Shown here: piece after piece, positions 49,205-58,855 of the stretch
Numbering within the stretch: position 1 is the first letter of the stretch
Layout of the letters: each line of letters begins with the position of its first letter
Source: a virus
Taxonomy: Duplodnaviria; Heunggongvirae; Uroviricota; Caudoviricetes
IMG/VR virus record: IMGVR_UViG_3300045747_000063
Span: 12,449-76,448 of that record
Reading direction: 5' to 3' (one strand)
DNA: 64,000 bases
The notes under the pieces: model-generated
Database searches by the model: none
Told to the model about the DNA's origin: nothing
The model's input: only the letters and a program-made list of their open reading frames with translations
Made by a program: the position numbers and the translations under genes

Positions 49205-49861
49205 ATGAAAAAGATTCTCATCGCACTCCTATTTGCACTCCCACTTTTTGCTCATGCTGAAAGCCAATGTGCACACCTTTACCCACTCGGTAAAGCAATC
49301 AATGTTCCCAACACCATCGAACTATGCAACCAAGAATTTGTTGCTGTGTACGACCCTGTGTTGAAGGGAAACATCTTCTCTGCTGAGAAGTATAATTCCT
49401 TGTATGCACATGCTCCACGCATCAACGCATTCCACCCAGATATGCGTCTGAGCAAGCGAGTTCGTGCAGAGGTATCGGACTATCGCAACTCCGGTTACGA
49501 CAAGGGCCACATGGCTCCTGCCGCCGATGCAAACACAACAGACGAAATGTTTGAATGCTTCTCGATGGCAAACATGACACCTCAAGAACCAATGCTCAAT
49601 GAAGAAGCTTGGAAATATTGGGAAGAACATGTTCGTGCAACAGCCAAAGGTCAAGTGTACATTTTGACCGGAGCAATCTACGACAAAAATCCTCCACGAA
49701 TTGGACGAAATGGAATTCCTGTGCCATCATCGTACTACAAGTGTTCTTGGTATAATCGTGGAGCAGTTGAATGCATCACTGCACAGAACAAACCATATGC
49801 ACACACCGTGCCAGTATCGCTGCAAAAAGTTGAAGAAATATCTGGGCTGAAACTACACTAA
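49205..49861 (+). CDS. secreted DNA/RNA non-specific endonuclease (Serratia NucA family)
   Basis: signal peptide MKKILIALLFALPLFAHA; GYDKGHMAP = DRGH active-site motif. Confidence 0.75.
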   Translation: MKKILIALLFALPLFAHAESQCAHLYPLGKAINVPNTIELCNQEFVAVYDPVLKGNIFSAEKYNSLYAHAPRINAFHPDMRLSKRVRAEVSDYRNSGYDKGHMAPAADANTTDEMFECFSMANMTPQEPMLNEEAWKYWEEHVRATAKGQVYILTGAIYDKNPPRIGRNGIPVPSSYYKCSWYNRGAVECITAQNKPYAHTVPVSLQKVEEISGLKLH

Positions 49862-49878
49862 ACACAACCACCTTTATT

Positions 49879-50925
49879 ATGACCTCTGTGCTAATTATTG
49901 AATCCTGCGAAAAGAAAAATGTGAGCATGAACAACACCTCGATTGTTCATGTTCGCAATTCCATCATCATCGCCGATTACCTCAAGTGTGATTTGCTAAC
50001 CCACATCACCGACATTCCAAAGTATGCTGACAAGAAGTATGACGTGATTATTTGCGCGTACAGTTCTCCGTACATGAAGTACAACGCATATCTCACCATC
50101 CTGCAAAACAACCCACAAGCGAAGATGTTCTGGCTTGTAAACGACCACGACTGCGAAGACAACATTCTGCTGCGCAAATGGTCACTGTGGAGCAACCAAC
50201 CATATAACATGCTCTGCAACAATCCTCGTGAAGGATATCGTGGGTGGATTCTTCGCAAGAAGATGAACGCGAAGACTCTCAACGATTGGATTAGCGAATG
50301 GTACACAATCAACTTGAACACCATCATCTTCGATGAAGGCCAGTTCGAGCGAACCAAGACTTCATCTGAACGTGCAGGCGCAGTGTACTACGGTACATTC
50401 CGCAAGCATCGTATCAATGATATGCTGGACTACAACAACGTTGGATACTTCCTGAGTACATCCAAGAAGAATCAGGACAAGTACACGGAAGCTGGCATCA
50501 CAGCCAAGTTCATCGAACGAATCAGTTGGGATAATGTTGAGTCAACAGAATCTACTCTGGAAGACTTCTTCGATGCCTCACCCGAAGTTTCAAGATTGGA
50601 CAACTTCAAGTATTCGTTGTATTTTGAAGATGTACACACGCACGACAATTACGCATTCATGGCGAATCGTTTCTATGAAGGTGTGATGAACAACACTCTG
50701 ATGTTCTACGATGCACGCTGCAAGGTTACACTTGAAAAGAGCGGATACATCATCGACCAATATCAGATTGTGAATTCCGGTGATGAACTTCTAACGAAGA
50801 TGAAAGCATTGGATTCCGATAAGAAGAGTTACAAGAATCTTCTAGCAGTACAGCAATCAAATGCTGCCATCATAATGAAAGAGAAAATCGAAACTCTCGA
50901 AGCGATAAAGAAAGCGATATCATGA
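49879..50925 (+). CDS. hypothetical protein (weak resemblance to T4 DNA beta-glucosyltransferase)
   Basis: 348 aa; YYGTFRKHR vs T4 beta-gt YGGSFRSGQRE, similar length and C-terminus; weak. Confidence 0.25.
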   Translation: MTSVLIIESCEKKNVSMNNTSIVHVRNSIIIADYLKCDLLTHITDIPKYADKKYDVIICAYSSPYMKYNAYLTILQNNPQAKMFWLVNDHDCEDNILLRKWSLWSNQPYNMLCNNPREGYRGWILRKKMNAKTLNDWISEWYTINLNTIIFDEGQFERTKTSSERAGAVYYGTFRKHRINDMLDYNNVGYFLSTSKKNQDKYTEAGITAKFIERISWDNVESTESTLEDFFDASPEVSRLDNFKYSLYFEDVHTHDNYAFMANRFYEGVMNNTLMFYDARCKVTLEKSGYIIDQYQIVNSGDELLTKMKALDSDKKSYKNLLAVQQSNAAIIMKEKIETLEAIKKAIS

Positions 50926-51127
50926 TAAGAATTGATAGAACATCACGAACATTTAAGTACCGAAATATCGAAGGCTCAATGAGTCCAGAAGGAATCGTTG
51001 TATGGAACGGATTCTCTAGTTCATTTGGTGGAGTTGGTGCAAAAATTGTATTGGACGACGAGTTTGATAAAGAATTGGATGAATTGATTCGTCGCATGTC
51101 AAAAGTAAAACAGAAAGCGAGACGATA

Positions 51128-51661
51128 ATGCCATTCAAAGCAATGCTAAAAAAGAAACACATCATGATTGACTTGGAAACATTGTCAACTCATCAAAATG
51201 CTGTGATTGTTCAAATCGGTGCAGTTAAATTTGATTTCAATGGTGGAATGACTGATGAATTTTTAATCAACATTGATATGCAAGACTCGATGAAGTATCA
51301 CTTGCACATTGAAAAAGAAACTGTTGAATGGTGGGCGAAGCAGGACAAGGAAATTAGAATGTCCTGGCAGACGGACAAGCACACGCTGAAAGATGCTATG
51401 ACCCAATTCAATGGATTTGTTGATACTCAGTCGTTGCTATGGAGTAATGGCGCACCATTCGACATGTCAATCCTTCGTTGGTCGATTGAAGAAGTTGGAT
51501 TGAAACGTGGTTGGTCATGGTGGAATGAAATTGACTTTCGTTCACTGAACACACTATTTGATAATCGTCTTCCTAAAGGAAACACGCACAACGCGATGGA
51601 TGATTGCAAACACCAGATTGGTCATTTGATGAATTTCATGAAAATGTTATCCGATAGTTGA
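51128..51661 (+). CDS. DEDDh 3'-5' exonuclease (DexA/DnaQ-like)
   Basis: MIDLETLS Exo I, H..D near C-terminus. Confidence 0.6.
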   Translation: MPFKAMLKKKHIMIDLETLSTHQNAVIVQIGAVKFDFNGGMTDEFLINIDMQDSMKYHLHIEKETVEWWAKQDKEIRMSWQTDKHTLKDAMTQFNGFVDTQSLLWSNGAPFDMSILRWSIEEVGLKRGWSWWNEIDFRSLNTLFDNRLPKGNTHNAMDDCKHQIGHLMNFMKMLSDS

Positions 51662-51812
51662 GGTAGCGGGAATCCCCATTCCGTGGCTACTGTTTATTTA
51701 TCGTTTATAATGTTCACGTGAAATCTCAATTGCGTCAATATGTTACATGTCTTGCTTGTATTTGTAACCTCTCTTATATACAATACATTCTCTATTAAAA
51801 CTACGTTAAACC

Positions 51813-52187
51813 ATGAGAAAAAGACAAAAGACTCGTCGCATTTGGAGGCTAGAGACCAAAGACGGAAAAGGCGTTTACGATTCCGGTCACTACTGGAAGG
51901 TAGCAGACCATGAACCAGACCGTCACCCCACACCATTTCTTGACTTGGGTCTCAAGTTTAATTCTTGGCTTGAACTCGGAAAATATCATTTCGGTTTTGC
52001 ATCAATCGAACAATACAGACAATGGATGTATCGCCGTAAATGGCGTTTGGGATTCGAAGAAAAAGACCTCGTGTTGAGCCGATATGAAGTTCCGGTTCGT
52101 CATTCTCGCGTTGGTGACAAGCAAGCTGTCTTCAAAAAGAAGTACGCCACGCTTATCGAACAACGTTCACCAGCATACATGGATTAA
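51813..52187 (+). CDS. hypothetical protein
   Basis: 124 aa ORF. Confidence 0.35.
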   Translation: MRKRQKTRRIWRLETKDGKGVYDSGHYWKVADHEPDRHPTPFLDLGLKFNSWLELGKYHFGFASIEQYRQWMYRRKWRLGFEEKDLVLSRYEVPVRHSRVGDKQAVFKKKYATLIEQRSPAYMD

Positions 52188-52188
52188 C

Positions 52189-52563
52189 ATGACTGAATTG
52201 AGTGTACTCATTGAACCAACTGGCAATGAACTTTTCGACAAAGTTCAGGGCCGCGTGTTGGAAATTCAAAGAAGGCTGAACCTTCTTGGGTATACTCCGT
52301 TCTTCGTGACAATCAAGCTACGAGAATTTGAGAACGGTGACGCTGGTGTTGCATCGCTTGGTGAAAACATCATCTATATCAATCCGTTATATTTCAAGAA
52401 TCACGAAGAAGAAATGTTACGCGATACCGTTCCGCACGAAGTGGTGCACCTGTATCTATGTGAATATAAGGGTATTATCGCCGACACACACGGCGCGGAA
52501 TTTGTGGAATTATGTCATGCCATTGGGTGTGATTCATCTGAATTTCACACAATGAATCAATAA
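52189..52563 (+). CDS. SprT-like zinc metalloprotease
   Basis: HEVVHLYL HExxH plus downstream C/H ligands. Confidence 0.55.
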   Translation: MTELSVLIEPTGNELFDKVQGRVLEIQRRLNLLGYTPFFVTIKLREFENGDAGVASLGENIIYINPLYFKNHEEEMLRDTVPHEVVHLYLCEYKGIIADTHGAEFVELCHAIGCDSSEFHTMNQ

Positions 52564-52818
52564 GTTACACGCTGTACTTGTTTTTGGTGATGGACTCTGT
52601 ATAATGCATTCCATCGAAACGAACTATGGAGAACGTAATGAACGCGAATCAAGTGTACAACTCTGTTTATACCGAACTGCGGGCCTTGCCAGTTGCTGAC
52701 TTGAAGGACGCTGCTGTTGATGACTACGGTCTCAACTTTTTCGACGTGTGCAATCTGTCTACGGCTGAACTGGCTGCACAATGCGCAACAATTGAAATTC
52801 AAAACTACGTGCGCTAAC

Positions 52819-53055
52819 ATGAAATACTGTCTGATTCTCGTTTTGCTTTTGGCTGGCTGTGGCAACAACCATCCGGTCAGCGCGAATGGCGCGTCTATTG
52901 CAGCGCAAGTGTGCCAAAAACTCAACCTCGATTTGATTGAGGTATCTTCTGCGACCATTTGCACAGACCCTGTGTATAAGGGTTGCAAAGGTTGGAGCGA
53001 ACAGGTATACGCCAACTGCTCGAACAGAATGCAAGTTACATTCACGGTAAACTAA
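52819..53055 (+). CDS. small lipoprotein
   Basis: MKYCLILVLLLAGC lipobox. Confidence 0.45.
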   Translation: MKYCLILVLLLAGCGNNHPVSANGASIAAQVCQKLNLDLIEVSSATICTDPVYKGCKGWSEQVYANCSNRMQVTFTVN

Positions 53056-53225
53056 AATGTTGATTTACGATATGAAGAACGAAAAATGGGTTGTGTTGAG
53101 ACCGTGGATGATGTATAGTTCATGGCACTTGACCCAGAAGGTCACAGACGAACAATGGGAAGAAGCTTTGAAGGCTTCTTTATCCGAAGAAGAATATGCA
53201 ATGATTCTCAAAGGGAGAAATCGAA

Positions 53226-54434
53226 ATGCTTGAAGTACAAAAGTTATACGCTGGAATGCACCTCGGTCATTGGGCCGAAACACACACAACGTTTCTGGGT
53301 GAACTGGATGCGCTTGGTATCGACGTGCGTGACTATCCAGACCACAAGATGTGGCTGCTGGACTACAACCAAATCAATGCCGTGAAGAATCATCCGGTGG
53401 TGAATGAATGTCGCGGCCTGCTTATGTCTTACGATGGTGAAATCGTTCGTAAGGGCTTTGGTCGCTTCTATAACCTCGGCGAAAACGGCATCGACACATT
53501 TGATGCCGAAAACTGCGTGATGTTTGAAAAGGCTGACGGTTCGTTGATGTTCGTGTACCACTGCCTGCAAACTGGTCGTTGGGAAATCGGCACTCGTGGC
53601 ACTGCATTTGCAGAAGGCCCGAACGAATGGCACGGCACTTTCCGTAACTTCATGCTCTTTGCGATGGGTCGTACCGAAGCTGAATTCCAAGCTGACTGCG
53701 CATTCCTCGACAAGCGAAACACTTACCTGTTCGAAGCAGTTGGGCCGGATAACCGCATCGTGACAAAGTACGAGACAAACCATCTGGTTGAACTGTGCAA
53801 TGTTGAAACTGCAACTGGTAAGGAAAAGTTCATCGACATAGTTTCAGACGAAGAAATCTCGTTCTTCAAGTTGAATTTCAACTGGAACGTTCGCCCTGTG
53901 CGTTACTACTTCTTCAACACGCAAGAAGACTGCATGGCTGCGTTGCTTGAATTGAAGGGTCTGGAAGAAGGCTACGTTGTTTACAACAAGCTGACAGGTT
54001 TCCGCCAAAAGATGAAGTCGCCTGTGTACTTGGCTGCTCACCGTCTTCGCGGTCAAAACGGCCTGACTCTGAATTCGATTTGCGAACTGGTTGCAATGAA
54101 CGAGCAAGCTGAATACATCGCAGTGTTCCCAGAGGACGCTCCGAAGTTTGAACCTGCACTGGCTGAATTTGGGGTTATGATTGATGAACTTGTGACTCGA
54201 TACAACGAACACAAGAACATCGAAACTCAAAAGGACTTTGCATTGACTGTGAAGGATATGCCTCAAGCTGGTGTGATGTTCACTGCTCGTAAGAATGGCA
54301 CTTCTGCTCTCGAAGAATTCAACAAGGTTCTTGTTGGCAAGAAGGCCGATTGGTTGAAGGAACGCCTTCTGGCTACCAAGCAGTACAAGGCTGTGTTGGT
54401 GTCGGAAGGTCAACTGGATGCACGCTGCGTTTGA
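53226..54434 (+). CDS. rnlA: RNA ligase (T4 Rnl1-like)
   Basis: nucleotidyltransferase motif I FEKADGSL (KxDG). Confidence 0.65.
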   Translation: MLEVQKLYAGMHLGHWAETHTTFLGELDALGIDVRDYPDHKMWLLDYNQINAVKNHPVVNECRGLLMSYDGEIVRKGFGRFYNLGENGIDTFDAENCVMFEKADGSLMFVYHCLQTGRWEIGTRGTAFAEGPNEWHGTFRNFMLFAMGRTEAEFQADCAFLDKRNTYLFEAVGPDNRIVTKYETNHLVELCNVETATGKEKFIDIVSDEEISFFKLNFNWNVRPVRYYFFNTQEDCMAALLELKGLEEGYVVYNKLTGFRQKMKSPVYLAAHRLRGQNGLTLNSICELVAMNEQAEYIAVFPEDAPKFEPALAEFGVMIDELVTRYNEHKNIETQKDFALTVKDMPQAGVMFTARKNGTSALEEFNKVLVGKKADWLKERLLATKQYKAVLVSEGQLDARCV

Positions 54435-54567
54435 ATGAAGTCCCAGATTGACATCCTTCGCCGAACTGCTGACCGAGGATTGAAACTCGCAGTAGCTGAA
54501 AAACATACGCACTTCACGGATGTTTTTCAGCACTTGCTGGATGAAATAGAACGATTGGAGAAATATT

Positions 54568-54798
54568 ATGTTGAGCCTCGAACAGAGAATAAAACGTATC
54601 GAAGATGAACTTGGGTTCACCGAGGCCGACAAACGTAAAGCTGATATCGAAAAGGCCCGTTCAATTTGTGTTGAGTATGGCTTTACGAAAAATGCAGCGA
54701 AGAAATTTGCTTGGCATATGTTGCATGAAAACGGTTTGACTTCATCGCAAGTTGAAGAACTTTTAATTGCACGCGGTGGAAAGAAGGTAGAACAATGA
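54568..54798 (+). CDS. hypothetical protein
   Basis: 76 aa ORF. Confidence 0.3.
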   Translation: MLSLEQRIKRIEDELGFTEADKRKADIEKARSICVEYGFTKNAAKKFAWHMLHENGLTSSQVEELLIARGGKKVEQ

Positions 54799-55154
54799 GA
54801 GCATTTTTTGCAAGATTGAAAGAAAAGTTTTTGTCACGATTTGACAAGATTAACCTCGTCTCAACAAAAGAAATTCAGTATCAACGTTGGGAAGGAATGA
54901 AAACCAATTCTCGTATGATTGTTGGTTTGTTCACAACAACGAGATTCAGTAAAGTGTTGAAAACAGAAACACTCTACACTGCTAACAGCAGCTTTCCTAG
55001 TTATGGTTGGATGTTCGAGGACGGCACAAATGCTGGCAACGAATATAGCGATGCATACCGCATCTACGCAGCCAACAAAACAAGCGAAGAAGAAAAAGAG
55101 AGAAACCTCGAAATTATCGAAAAGGCCAAGAAAGTCATCAACTTAGCTGATTGA
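54795..55154 (+). CDS. hypothetical protein
   Basis: 119 aa ORF. Confidence 0.3.
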   Translation: MRAFFARLKEKFLSRFDKINLVSTKEIQYQRWEGMKTNSRMIVGLFTTTRFSKVLKTETLYTANSSFPSYGWMFEDGTNAGNEYSDAYRIYAANKTSEEEKERNLEIIEKAKKVINLAD

Positions 55155-55204
55155 CTTGCTTTGAACCACAACGCATGTATAATGCACACATTGAAGGAAG
55201 CAAC

Positions 55205-55684
55205 ATGAACAACCACAAGAAACAAACTGCTCTGATGTTGGCGATAGTCGCCGAAGCGTTCAAGGATATTCTGGACAAGTCAGACGAGCCGTACTTCAAC
55301 CATTGCTACTCGGTTATGTACTTGCTTGGGCCTGACGCACCGGAGGAACGTAAGCAGATTGCTCTTGGTCACGACTTGTTCGAAGACACAAAGATAACTA
55401 AGGCATTCCTTCGTGAAAGTGGATTCAGCGAACGTGTAATCGCAGGTATTGATGCCATGACAAAACATCGTGGTCAATCCGGCGAAGAGTATGAAAAACA
55501 AATCATGGCGAACAAAGATGCAGTATTCGTCAAGATGGCAGACTTAACCCACAACAGCGATATTCGCCGAATCAAGGGTGAGCCTGATGAAAAAGATTTT
55601 GCACGAACAGCGAAATATCGTGTATTCTTCAACAAGCTGAAACGCTTTGTTGGTTTGCAAAACTGGTTACAAGAACTGAAATAA
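55205..55684 (+). CDS. HD-domain hydrolase, SpoT/Mesh1-like (p)ppGpp-hydrolase-like
   Basis: H...ALGHDLFEDT block resembles RelA/SpoT HD motif LHDVVEDT. Confidence 0.45.
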   Translation: MNNHKKQTALMLAIVAEAFKDILDKSDEPYFNHCYSVMYLLGPDAPEERKQIALGHDLFEDTKITKAFLRESGFSERVIAGIDAMTKHRGQSGEEYEKQIMANKDAVFVKMADLTHNSDIRRIKGEPDEKDFARTAKYRVFFNKLKRFVGLQNWLQELK

Positions 55685-55705
55685 CACTTACAGAAAGGAA
55701 ACGCA

Positions 55706-56833
55706 ATGAAAAAGATTTATGCAGCACTGTTAGCCTTGGCAATTGCCATCGCCCCCGTAGTAGCAGAAGCCCGCGCTGGTTCCAGCTACTCTTCACCAAG
55801 TCGCTCGTACTCGTCTCCGAGCCGTTCGTACTCTGCTCCGAGTCGTCCTTCGTATTCCAATAACAGCTACGGCTCCAAGGGTTCGAACACATACAAGCCA
55901 ACTCCGACATATCAACCGATTCAACGCTCGGTTACACCGCCTCCGGTTGCACAGGCTCCGCGCTACACACCGCCTGCCGCAGCCACTACGACTGCTCCTA
56001 CCTCAACTGTGACGCATACGACCTCTACGGTTGGTTCTGGTGCGCCTGGCATCGGTTCTACATTCATGGCTGCTGCTGGTGGCGGACTTGTTGGTTCCAT
56101 GTTGGCTAACTCCATCAATGGTAATCACGGTGGCGGCACGACTGTTGTAAACGGTGGTGGCGGATATCCTGCTGGTGGTGGTTACGCTGGTGCTGGTGCT
56201 GTCCCAATGGAAGGTGGCGGTTACGCTCCTGTTGCTGGTGGTTATGCGCCTGCTGCATCACACTACGGCGTGTGGAGTTTCTTGGGCGACCTGATTGGTT
56301 TCATCATCATTATCGCTGTACTGGCCTTCATCGTATGGGGCATCATCAAACTGATTGGTATGTTTGCCAACCGCAGAAAGGAAACGCAAGTGTCTGATTA
56401 TCAAGAAACATATACCCCCGCTGACAACATTGCAGCAACCGTTACGAAAGATGACAAAAACGCTTTCAAAAAGGTTCTGATTGTTGTACAATCTGCTTGG
56501 TCGAGTCGTGATATGGGCAAATTGTCCAGCGTGACAACCGATGAAGTGGCTGAATACTTCTCCGAAGTCATCGAAAGCAACACACGCCAAGGCGTTATCA
56601 GCAAGGTTGATGGTGTGCGTGATATCGAAGTCGATGTGCTGGAAGCGTGGGAAGAACAAGGTACGAAGTATGCAACGGCAATCATGCGTTGGAATGCTCT
56701 GGACTACACCAATGACTTGTTTGGCAATACAATCGACAAGGGTTCTCGCAGCAACGTTCGTGAAACATGGACATTCGTCCAGAACAGCTACGGTGCATGG
56801 GTACTGTCCGCTGTGCAACAAATGGAAGACTAA
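55706..56833 (+). CDS. secreted/membrane protein with SYSxPSR repeats, Gly-rich region, TM, C-terminal Tim44-like domain
   Basis: signal peptide, RSYSSPSRSYSAPSR repeats, GGG-rich, hydrophobic segment, NTF2/Tim44-like C-terminus. Confidence 0.5.
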   Translation: MKKIYAALLALAIAIAPVVAEARAGSSYSSPSRSYSSPSRSYSAPSRPSYSNNSYGSKGSNTYKPTPTYQPIQRSVTPPPVAQAPRYTPPAAATTTAPTSTVTHTTSTVGSGAPGIGSTFMAAAGGGLVGSMLANSINGNHGGGTTVVNGGGGYPAGGGYAGAGAVPMEGGGYAPVAGGYAPAASHYGVWSFLGDLIGFIIIIAVLAFIVWGIIKLIGMFANRRKETQVSDYQETYTPADNIAATVTKDDKNAFKKVLIVVQSAWSSRDMGKLSSVTTDEVAEYFSEVIESNTRQGVISKVDGVRDIEVDVLEAWEEQGTKYATAIMRWNALDYTNDLFGNTIDKGSRSNVRETWTFVQNSYGAWVLSAVQQMED

Positions 56834-56848
56834 GAAAGGCTGTCACTC

Positions 56849-57763
56849 ATGAAGAAAGCAATAATCACAATCGGTATCTCAGGCTCTGGTAAGTCCACAG
56901 AGTTCGACAAGAAAGAGAACATGGGATACGTTCGCATTGAGCGTGATATCATGCGCAAGCGAATTGTGCAGGAGCGCATGGGTGACGTGTCTGACCAAAA
57001 CTTCTGGTCTATCTGGAAGTTCAACAAGAAAGACGAAGCAGAAGTCACTGACCGCTGCAACGCAATAATCGAAGACTGCGCAAAGGGTGGAATGCCCATC
57101 GCAATCACCGACACGAACCTGAACAAGAAGTACCGTGATGTTCTCGTGCAGAAGCTGAAAGGTCTGGGTTATGAAGTTGAGTTCAAAGTGTTCTCAATCG
57201 ACCCTCTGGAAGCCATCAAGCGCGATGAAAAGCGCCGTGACTCAGTGGGTCATCAAGTTATCTGGAAACAGTACAACGACCTGATGGCTGACCCTGAGTT
57301 CGGTCAAACCAAGAAGTATGTGGCTGACGTGTCAAAGCCGAAGTGCATCCTCGTGGATATCGACGGTACACTGGCTCATATGAATGGCAAGCGCGGTGCG
57401 TTCGAGTGGGACAAGGTTGGTCTGGATGATGTTGACGAGCAAGTGCGCAACATTGTTGAAATGTTTCACGCTTCACCGGAGAGCGATGTTAAAGTTATCG
57501 TCCTGTCTGGTCGTGACGGTGTATCTCGTCCAAAGACAGAAGCCTGGCTTGACGACCACGGAATAGGATATTATCATCTGTTCATGCGTTCGGCTGGCGA
57601 TATGCGAAAGGATACTGTCATAAAGGAAGAAATCTTCTGGCGTGACATTGCCCCGAACCATAACGTACAGTTCGCCATAGACGACCGTCCGAGCGTGTGC
57701 CGTATGTGGCGTAGTCTTGGTGTGAAGGTGTTCCAAGTTGGAAACCCACACGTCGAATTTTAA
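56849..57763 (+). CDS. pseT: polynucleotide kinase/3'-phosphatase (T4 Pnk-like)
   Basis: P-loop GISGSGKST plus HAD motif LVDIDGTLA. Confidence 0.85.
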   Translation: MKKAIITIGISGSGKSTEFDKKENMGYVRIERDIMRKRIVQERMGDVSDQNFWSIWKFNKKDEAEVTDRCNAIIEDCAKGGMPIAITDTNLNKKYRDVLVQKLKGLGYEVEFKVFSIDPLEAIKRDEKRRDSVGHQVIWKQYNDLMADPEFGQTKKYVADVSKPKCILVDIDGTLAHMNGKRGAFEWDKVGLDDVDEQVRNIVEMFHASPESDVKVIVLSGRDGVSRPKTEAWLDDHGIGYYHLFMRSAGDMRKDTVIKEEIFWRDIAPNHNVQFAIDDRPSVCRMWRSLGVKVFQVGNPHVEF

Positions 57764-58855
57764 GGGGAACGGAATGCAATTTCGTCATATGGGTAAGGCT
57801 TGTTTGGTTGCGTCAATTGCAGTATGTGCAACCATTCTCGAAATATACGACAAGCCTGCTGGTGGACTTTGGTTAATCGTGGTATGCTTTGCTATCTTTG
57901 GTGATTGGTCTGCTTCATGCGACTGTGAACAACATGACGCAGACTAAGACCCACGTTAGATATTACATCTATCGCAAAGAGACGTACACTGGCGAAGTTA
58001 CATATCGTGAACAGACCGGAAATTGGGTGAAGGATTTTGAACGTGCAAACCTTTGGGTTAGCCGTGAGTTCGTGGAAAAGAAAAGTCACGAGTTGTTGAA
58101 TTCATTGCCAGTGCGTTATATGCTGTTCATTGGCTCGGTGGAAGTTACAGTTATCAATTGAGGTGAAACATGGCAAAAGGATATGAACCGGAAGTTCGAT
58201 ACTACGTTGGCATCCACCGCAAGGGCGAGGAAAAGTCTCACTACGTCATTCGCACACATGATGGTTTCAACTGGATGACTGAGACGTTCATTGATGCTAC
58301 TCACTTCGAATCGGTTGAAGCTGCTGCCGAAGCTGTGAAGTTCATCAAAGAATACAACGCAGGCTTCACAGCAGGGTTGAATTTCGTAGCACGCAGAATC
58401 ATCTGCGCAGTCGATGGTTTCGACCTCGGCACAATTATTGGAGGTGAAGAAGATGTTCAAGTGGTTTAAGAAGTTAAGTTTTTTCAGTCCAGTTTACCGA
58501 ATTGAATTACGCGATGGTCGCTACTATGTGTGGTATGTTGGGAAGGCATCGCCGCTCCATCTGGGAACAAGAGATAAGCTTGAGGATGCGAAGTTCATCA
58601 TCGTCGAGCATAAGGCAAAAACGAAATCTGAAATAGTCTGGGAGGAATGAAATGGCACGTGGTATATTTTTCTGTTTGATGGTGTGGATGTTTGTTTCAG
58701 CAGCAATTGCAATTTACTCGCAATTGAGTTCTACTGAACGCCTGTCCGTGAAGCGTATTTTGATTTACGGATTCTTGACCGCAATTGTAGCTGGTGGACT
58801 CGTCGGTACAATCGTAACGGTGTTTTAATCGTAGTTTGATAATGGAGGAAGTGAA

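Noticed and set aside
53844-54632. 262-aa minus-strand ORF inside the RNA ligase gene; similar antisense ORFs at 37259..37936 and 40025..40666
   Set aside because: All overlap confidently assigned + strand genes (rnlA, thyX, nrdA). Shadow ORFs.
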